From the NCBI GenBank assembly GCA_945862295.1, contig CAMAXT010000003.1, positions 9,550-73,549 of the forward strand: 64,000 bases of DNA, read 5' to 3'. Positions 57,582 to 64,000 of the stretch are shown here, piece by piece. The translations under genes and the position numbers were made by a program. This stretch comes from Pseudobacteriovorax antillogorgiicola. Its GTDB lineage: Bacteria > Bdellovibrionota_B > Oligoflexia > Oligoflexales > CAIYRB01. The notes under the pieces are model-generated. The model was given only the letters and a program-made list of their open reading frames with translations. It was not told the origin of the DNA and ran no database searches. Every line of letters starts with the position of its first letter. Within the stretch, counting starts at the first letter, position 1.

Positions 57582-60500
57582 TCATTTGCCCGAAACTTCG
57601 TCCCAAGGACTCTTAATATTAGTTACACCACCAACTTCGCGCGCCCAAATTCTTGGATCATACATCGCCTCAGCTTCAACTGGAGGAATTGCGAACCTTC
57701 CAGCTAATACAGCCCTCGAAGCGTAATAAACCTTTCTAGTTTCGTAAGGCTTTAAAGCACCAAATACTTCGATTCTGTCGTCTCTGATGTTCATGTAATC
57801 TGCTGCCCAAACCTGTTCAGTATCGATAAACTCAGCCGTTGTGCCACGCCCTAACCGCGGGTTTTCTATCTCCCAACCGGCAGGAAACCGGTCGACAAGA
57901 GCAATGTTATCGATGCGCTCTGCAGTCTTATTGCGAATAACAAGTTCGGTGTAGATGATGCCTGCGAGCGACACTCCAGATTCAGTATTTAACTGACTGC
58001 CATCAGACTTTTTATAGTTTCTAGAGATATCGATGCCTTCGCCACCTGTTTTGAAGTCAGCAGCTTTCAAAATACCTTCACTAGAAATAATTGCGTAGAG
58101 TTTCCCTTCACCCTTTTTCCCAATGTTTAAGGTAACACTCTTCTTCTCAGTAGCGCGGTTTACGATCCATGAAAGTTTCGCCTGCGGTTTTCTTTTTGAA
58201 CCGTCAACAGAAAGCTCGGCATCGTAATTTGAGGCTCCGCCTGACACAAATTTCCCAAGTCCCGTAACTGACCAAACGAGTTCCTGCGTTGTGTAGTAGC
58301 CGCTGTTCTTACCGCGGAGGTACCCAGCAACAACATCGGCCAAGGGACTGCCGGCGGCATCAGACCCGAAGAGATCAGAAAATACGCTCAACATGATGCC
58401 GCGACGACGGAAGTCGGAATAGAATGACCAAGAGTTTTTCCTCTCACCTGTAATAGTCGAGATATCTGGGTGCTTTAAATCCCCTGCAAACCGGTGATCA
58501 CCCATAAGATGCAGCGCTGCCATGAGGAGATATTTATCTTCTTGAACTTGGCTTTCCTTTGTCAATGTTTGACTGTTTAAGTCGGTTAGGAACGCTTCAG
58601 TGTCTGCTTTGAGACCTTTCCCTCCTAGTGCAAGAACATAATAAATGTAAGGTGCTGCTTCACTCAATTCATTGTAGTGGTTGGACTGTTTGGATCTAAC
58701 GCTGCCGTTAACCATCTTATCACTAAGAAATTTCAGCGCTTCATCTACACGCTCTTTCGCAACGGGAAAATTCATCTTTTGAGCATCTAATAGCATATGA
58801 GTTGCATACGCTGTCCCCCAATTAGTTGGGGATGTAGAACCCGGCCAATAGGCAAAGCCGCCTGATGAGGTTTGCATTGAAAGAACCCTAGCTATACCTT
58901 TTGCTACCATGTCGTCGATCGCACCAGCGCTAGAAAATGTCGCTGGATCAACTTGATCTAGAAGATCGCGGATGACCAACAGTGGTCTAGTTGAAGACGT
59001 CGTCTGCTCAATGCATCCGTGCGGATACTGTACTAGATATTTCAAATGTTGAAGCGAATCAGCATAGGGATTACTTGTGAGCCAAACTGAAGTTCGTTCG
59101 GTTCCAGGTACAAAATCGTCAAATTGCGGCTTAAGTTCGACCGTATCTCCGGCCACATCAACTCTTTTGGTAACTCGAGATTTTGGTTTTGCAGATAAAA
59201 TCGGAACATCCAGGTCTTCAAAAGATTCAATCGAGCCAGCTTTAGCTTTAACTTTAAACTGCACCGCACCACCCGTTGCAATTGTCGTCGCTTTAAAGAC
59301 AATTGTCTTGGACGCACCAAGATTAATGCTTACTTTCGATATTTCTGGTGCAACAACCGAAACCAATGCGACAGCGGGGTCTTCGTTGCTTGACTCCAAA
59401 TTGGCAACATCGAGGCTAAGACTAACTTCTTGCGCTTTACCGGACATATTGGTCACTGTGACCGGAATATCAAACTGGTCTCCTTCAGTCATAAAGCGCG
59501 GCAAAGATGTTTGCAATACCAGCGGATCACGAACAAATACCTGCGCTGAACCTGAAGCAATTCTCTTCTTATCGGCAGAGACCACCATGACACGCAACTG
59601 CCCGCGGTACTGCGGCACCTCTAGACTAACGGAGATTTTGCCGTTTTCGGGAACCTGTTTTAGTCCACTCCAAAGAGCGACTGGTTTAACAAGTGATACC
59701 GGAGTTTCATTCTCGCTGCCATCACCTCCGTGCGTGCTCGACGTACCGGAGCCTGGCAGCATTACATTCCAACCGAAGGTTTCAAATGTTTCAATGCCAA
59801 GAGCTCTCGGTTCAAAAATTGTCTTTATAGGATCAGGCGTTTTAAAGCGGGTAAGGGACAAGATCCCCTCATCAACAGCCGCCACTGTTACAAATCTACC
59901 AGCTTCTGATTTCGGAAACTCAAGGTCGACTGTTAGAGTAGAATTTGGCTTTATCTCTTCGGCTACTTCAATTTTTATACTGTCAGAAAACTCTTCAGGT
60001 TCAACTCGGAAAGAGTGCACGCCAAAGGCGCGGTCTGGCATAAAGCTTTGTGCAGATTCGAGGTGCGGATCCTTGATCAGAAATGCACTGACGTAAACGT
60101 TCGGATAAAATTCTTTTAAATCAAATTCCCAGGTGGTCTTTCCAGCCGCTACTTCAATCCATTTTGAATCAATGATACGGTCCGTTTCCGCCGTTAACAG
60201 CAACCGGCCTTTGAAGGGTATCGTCGCTTCAACTATGACGCTTTTTCCCTTTTTGACAATCTCTGGACCGGTAATTTGAATCCAACTTGGTTTAAGAGGC
60301 TTCGGAGTTTGGTCTCTAGAGGATTCGTTCGGCCACCAGTAATAGTCGTTATCAGTACCACCGAGCGTCAAATCGGTTCGCGCCTTGCCAAGTGATGCTT
60401 TTAGAAGAAATCCACTGGCGTTGGTATTGACTGGAATAGACCCTTTGAAGCGGCCATTCTTTGCCTGAACCTGAAGTTTAGTTTCGGTAACTTGCCGCTG

Positions 60501-63242
60501 AAATCTCTTGTAGCTGCTGCCTTCGTCGTCGCTCCAACTCCAGTCGTATTCAGACTCAAGTCGAACAAACTCAAGTTGGATCTCTTCATCCTTTGGCAAA
60601 ATTTCACCGTTCCAGTCGACGATCACCCCTTCAAAAACAAAGGCGTCACCTTTCTGCAAACTTTTCATTCCTGATGAAAGTCCAACATAGAATGCCTCTG
60701 GATGGACTGGGACAGAGACTGTGTTTTGCGTACTCCTACCAGACTCGCCTTCGAAGACTGCGACTTTTGCTTGCAATGACGCACTACCAGCAAAACCACC
60801 ACTCTTCTCTGATACTGGGCAGCTAAGCGTGATCGTGTCGTCCTCACCTATCTCGCCATTGACCATACCAAGCGCTACTGACTTCGGCTCTTTGTTGTCT
60901 GTGTAGTAGACTCCGTAATAGTAATTGCTATTTTTTGCGGGTGTAAACTTACTAGGCCAAAGTTCGCAATTCAGTTCCACCTTACTGCCAGCAGCAGAAC
61001 CACCGAAGAGGTAGCGAGACTCAATCTGAAACTTAGATTCCTGATTTCGAGCAAGGTTCTCTGACATCGCTTTTATATCGACCTTCATACGCTCGGGCAT
61101 AAAGTCTTCGACATTAAACGTGTAGCGACCGATTTCTTTATCACCAGCTTTCGCGACAACAAGATATTTGCCAGTAACCGCAAAGGATTCAAACTTGACG
61201 TCTGAATCCGCAAGACCAGCATTGTTTATCTTGAGGTTGAGTTTCTTTAGAAGTTTTTCGCGTGGGTCAAAAAGTTCGAGCAACACCGGCATATCGGCCG
61301 GTGGCGCAAGATTGTCTGCGCCTCTGAGTAACGCTACAATATGAGCAGTTTCACCTGGACGGTAAACACCGCGGTCACTGTAGATCGCTGCTTTATACGG
61401 AGTATCTCCACCGCTAAAAGGACGGCCCTGAATCAGTTGTTCAGAAACTTCCGTTTTTAGTTCGCTAAATTTCAAGTAAGTCAGGTCACTCTCTTTACTC
61501 GCTAAGATGGCGAACGGCTCTGATGGATCGATCTCTTTTGATTTATCCCAGTTCATAGTGCAATGACCGTCGCTGTCAGAGTTACAAGTCGCGAGCGCTC
61601 TACCACTCTTTGTGATCATTTTGACTTCAACACCAGAGATTGGCTTTACGTTGTGAAAATCGATCGCCCAGACTTTTATCTGCTTACCGTTTTCGCCGCG
61701 TTTGACGAGGAGGTTGATATCGGTCGCAATGAGTCGCTTGAGATCGGGTGCGGACTTTCCTGCTTTGTCCCGCACAGAAAATTCGATCACCCCGCGCGGA
61801 ATATTTGGCATGACGTCATCTAGGGACAGCACATGCGTCGCGAGCGTGTCAGGTTTGCCATCAAATTTGACGGTCGACTTCAGAATCAAATTCGAGTTTC
61901 GGTCGGTGGCTTTCTCAACGTCGTCACTAATCCAAAAGACAAGATTCTCAGCGGGAATATGTCTAACTTCGACTTCCGCTTCAGGTGTGTTCATGTGTTT
62001 GATTGCAATGTTTTTCCAGGAATCGCGCGACAGATAGCGACCTTGAGCCATGACAGAAACCTGAGGTTTTCTTCTCGGGATATTAAACTTTGTCGATTTC
62101 AGTGCTTTCACAACCCCGCCATCTGTGGTGCGTAGACCGGCGTTGATCGTCAGCGTCGTTTCGCCAAATTTAAAATCACCCAAAACGCGAAAACCGCCTC
62201 TGGACGGAACAACGGAGAACTCTTGTTCGGGCTGAATCGTTACGAATTGCTTCGCACTTTGTTCTTCCGGCGAGCATCTATCACTGACGTACATGCCGTC
62301 AGGGGTTTCATTATCATAATAGTAAATTCTGTTTTGATATGAGTCGTCGGTATCCGGAGCTCTTGCTCCATCGTTACAGATAACCTGGATATAGAATCCA
62401 TTCGTTCCCTCTTTAAGATTCATGCCTTTGACGATGACATCAGAACCTTCAAAAAGTTGAATGCTTAAATTTTTCGCCGTTGTAATCTTGTGACCACTTT
62501 CCAATGAAGGCAGACCTGCGTTAACCGTTACGCTGATTGACTCGGCTTTCCCTATAGCCGAAGCTGGCAAGATCGCGAGGATGCTATTTTTAGAGCCCCC
62601 GACTGAATACTTCGGAGTTAGGTTTGCTTTTTCCTTTGAGAACCGTAGAAAACTTCCAACTTTTCGGTAATCGACAGGACCAGTAAAAAGTACCTCAAAC
62701 TCGTGATCACCTGAGACGGAATTTATGCGTGAAAGGTTTGCTCTTTTTACAGCGAATTCTGGTGTCTCAAAAACACGCTCGACCTGGATAGACTCATCAG
62801 GTTTTACGGTTTTGCCGTCGATATTTACTGAAACCAATCTGACGCTATAGCTGGTCTTTAACTTAAACGCTTCAGTTGGTGTAAATATAATGGCGCTGTT
62901 TGATTCATAGCGCCACGTCCCAGTCACAGCAGGCTCGATTGAAAAAACCGTATCAGCTGGGATGGCAACAATTTCTGACGTTATTGGTCTTGCGAACTGA
63001 ACTTTCACAGCGTCAGGAACAACGCCGTCTTCACCAACGGTTTGGATTTGTGGTGCATAGTCTGCTAGAAGCGGTATTTCTTGCGTCAAAGGAGTTTCTT
63101 CTGCAGAAGTTTCTTCATTTTCTTCAATCACTCCATCAGTCTTTGACGACTGGTAGAATCTGAATGCAAAGAATCCTGCGAGGATCACCCCAACAAGTGC
63201 ACCAATGACAACTACAACTCTACCCTTTGGGCCCTTGAGCAT
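57582..63242 (-). CDS. Bacterial alpha-2-macroglobulin (YfhM-like)
   Basis: DRGVYRPGE, AAVDEGIL, thioester motif YPHGCIEQ, PAGWEIEN, EAMYDP; 1886 aa; paired with pbpC. Confidence 0.95.
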   Translation of the reverse strand: MLKGPKGRVVVVIGALVGVILAGFFAFRFYQSSKTDGVIEENEETSAEETPLTQEIPLLADYAPQIQTVGEDGVVPDAVKVQFARPITSEIVAIPADTVFSIEPAVTGTWRYESNSAIIFTPTEAFKLKTSYSVRLVSVNIDGKTVKPDESIQVERVFETPEFAVKRANLSRINSVSGDHEFEVLFTGPVDYRKVGSFLRFSKEKANLTPKYSVGGSKNSILAILPASAIGKAESISVTVNAGLPSLESGHKITTAKNLSIQLFEGSDVIVKGMNLKEGTNGFYIQVICNDGARAPDTDDSYQNRIYYYDNETPDGMYVSDRCSPEEQSAKQFVTIQPEQEFSVVPSRGGFRVLGDFKFGETTLTINAGLRTTDGGVVKALKSTKFNIPRRKPQVSVMAQGRYLSRDSWKNIAIKHMNTPEAEVEVRHIPAENLVFWISDDVEKATDRNSNLILKSTVKFDGKPDTLATHVLSLDDVMPNIPRGVIEFSVRDKAGKSAPDLKRLIATDINLLVKRGENGKQIKVWAIDFHNVKPISGVEVKMITKSGRALATCNSDSDGHCTMNWDKSKEIDPSEPFAILASKESDLTYLKFSELKTEVSEQLIQGRPFSGGDTPYKAAIYSDRGVYRPGETAHIVALLRGADNLAPPADMPVLLELFDPREKLLKKLNLKINNAGLADSDVKFESFAVTGKYLVVAKAGDKEIGRYTFNVEDFMPERMKVDIKAMSENLARNQESKFQIESRYLFGGSAAGSKVELNCELWPSKFTPAKNSNYYYGVYYTDNKEPKSVALGMVNGEIGEDDTITLSCPVSEKSGGFAGSASLQAKVAVFEGESGRSTQNTVSVPVHPEAFYVGLSSGMKSLQKGDAFVFEGVIVDWNGEILPKDEEIQLEFVRLESEYDWSWSDDEGSSYKRFQRQVTETKLQVQAKNGRFKGSIPVNTNASGFLLKASLGKARTDLTLGGTDNDYYWWPNESSRDQTPKPLKPSWIQITGPEIVKKGKSVIVEATIPFKGRLLLTAETDRIIDSKWIEVAAGKTTWEFDLKEFYPNVYVSAFLIKDPHLESAQSFMPDRAFGVHSFRVEPEEFSDSIKIEVAEEIKPNSTLTVDLEFPKSEAGRFVTVAAVDEGILSLTRFKTPDPIKTIFEPRALGIETFETFGWNVMLPGSGTSSTHGGDGSENETPVSLVKPVALWSGLKQVPENGKISVSLEVPQYRGQLRVMVVSADKKRIASGSAQVFVRDPLVLQTSLPRFMTEGDQFDIPVTVTNMSGKAQEVSLSLDVANLESSNEDPAVALVSVVAPEISKVSINLGASKTIVFKATTIATGGAVQFKVKAKAGSIESFEDLDVPILSAKPKSRVTKRVDVAGDTVELKPQFDDFVPGTERTSVWLTSNPYADSLQHLKYLVQYPHGCIEQTTSSTRPLLVIRDLLDQVDPATFSSAGAIDDMVAKGIARVLSMQTSSGGFAYWPGSTSPTNWGTAYATHMLLDAQKMNFPVAKERVDEALKFLSDKMVNGSVRSKQSNHYNELSEAAPYIYYVLALGGKGLKADTEAFLTDLNSQTLTKESQVQEDKYLLMAALHLMGDHRFAGDLKHPDISTITGERKNSWSFYSDFRRRGIMLSVFSDLFGSDAAGSPLADVVAGYLRGKNSGYYTTQELVWSVTGLGKFVSGGASNYDAELSVDGSKRKPQAKLSWIVNRATEKKSVTLNIGKKGEGKLYAIISSEGILKAADFKTGGEGIDISRNYKKSDGSQLNTESGVSLAGIIYTELVIRNKTAERIDNIALVDRFPAGWEIENPRLGRGTTAEFIDTEQVWAADYMNIRDDRIEVFGALKPYETRKVYYASRAVLAGRFAIPPVEAEAMYDPRIWAREVGGVTNIKSPWDEVSGK

Positions 63243-63420
63243 AGGACACCTCCAACAACCGCGATTAAAATAAAGATTTAGTGCCAGAATTATAGATCAA
63301 GGCTTAACTAAAATCGCTATGTTATAAGGCGGGCGACCAGCAAATTGATCGGTTTCACCATTTTCATAACTAACCAAAACTACTGATTTTTTTATGGGAA
63401 GTCTTTAAACACTAAAGCTG

Positions 63421-63828
63421 GTGAAGAGGAGACCCGATGATAGCAGTAACAACAATTTCGTAGGGGCTGCGCCACGCGCCCCGATTAAGGGTATTGCCAA
63501 TGCTTCAAGTGATCAATCGGTCATTGCTTGTATTGCATCAAACTTATCGACGACAGGAATTTTCCTCAAAACCGGAGAAACCTGCTTCCGCATTGGCGAT
63601 AAGATTGAAATCGTTGCTAAGGTAGATCAGATTTCAAAGCCGTTCCTGGCTAAGGCCGAGGTCATGCGTTTTAGTACAAATTTAAAATTTGGCGTTGGCT
63701 ACGGATTAAAATTTCTAAACATAGACAACAGTGTCATCGGTGAAATACGCGAAATCGTCGGTGTAAGGCCGATTTCAGAATTTGGTGACTTCCTGTCATC
63801 ACCTGCACTAAAATTAGCAAAAAATTGA
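63421..63828 (+). CDS. PilZ-domain protein
   Basis: PRAP, NLSTTGIFL, AEVMR, GYGLKFLNI. Confidence 0.8.
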   Translation: MKRRPDDSSNNNFVGAAPRAPIKGIANASSDQSVIACIASNLSTTGIFLKTGETCFRIGDKIEIVAKVDQISKPFLAKAEVMRFSTNLKFGVGYGLKFLNIDNSVIGEIREIVGVRPISEFGDFLSSPALKLAKN

Positions 63829-63829
63829 C

Positions 63830-64000
63830 TTAGGCCATGCCTGCCCAATTTTTTATCAATCCAGAAACCATCGACACAGCGTGATCGTTGTACTTCATCC
63901 ATCTTACGACAATGTCCGCTTCTTGTTTTTGCGGAGCAACATTCTGATCATGCATAATCTTAACTGTAGATAGGTACTGTTGAATCACCCCGTCAACTGT
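63830..64000 (-). CDS. udk: Uridine kinase, 3' end (gene runs off the window; not in the ORF track)
   Basis: My translation TVDGVIQQYLSTVKIMHDQNVAPQKQEADIVVRWMKYNDHAVSMVSGLIKNWAGMA* resembles the Udk C-terminus (VIxQYxxTVxPMH..P.K..AD). Confidence 0.7.
   Translation of the reverse strand, partial: TVDGVIQQYLSTVKIMHDQNVAPQKQEADIVVRWMKYNDHAVSMVSGLIKNWAGMA

Noticed and set aside
59077-60096. 339-aa plus-strand ORF
   Set aside because: Antisense shadow of alpha-2-macroglobulin with no recognisable motifs
55210-63242. a2M-pbpC pair as a novel system
   Set aside because: Well-described conserved bacterial gene pair

Overview
Gene-dense bacterial chromosomal window of about 50 CDS. The gene content suggests a Bdellovibrionota/Oligoflexia-like organism (many lipoproteins, 7TM-PP2C phosphatase, TPR-wHTH regulator, DUF4360, alpha-2-macroglobulin plus PBP1C, PilZ); this taxonomy is inference. 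I found no rRNA, tRNA, CRISPR array or transposase. Housekeeping genes (peroxiredoxin, dihydroorotase, grxD, cystathionine gamma-lyase/synthase, pbpC/a2M, 3' end of uridine kinase) are interspersed with several uncharacterised modules: (1) a secondary type II FAS-like operon (enoyl reductase, FabA, FabZ, KS, NS-motif ACP, acyltransferase) with a convergent PPTase; (2) two Cyc2-like heme-porin fusions with a tetraheme lipoprotein, a long-linker diheme lipoprotein and YceI; (3) an ATP-grasp/PLP-decarboxylase fusion coupled to a transglutaminase-like protein and a urea-transporter-family protein, with a divergent C39-like peptidase; (4) a Thr/Ser-repeat secreted protein coupled to a DUF4105/Lnb-like barrel protein; (5) a TlpA-DUF4266-DUF3570-like thiol-redox cluster. 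The window also has a clostripain-like lipoprotein with an 8x7-aa tandem repeat, two long non-coding inverted-repeat elements, several sigma28-like promoters and about five truncated or broken genes, including a LysR/cytochrome c peroxidase deletion junction. All family calls come from motif recognition by eye, not database searches.
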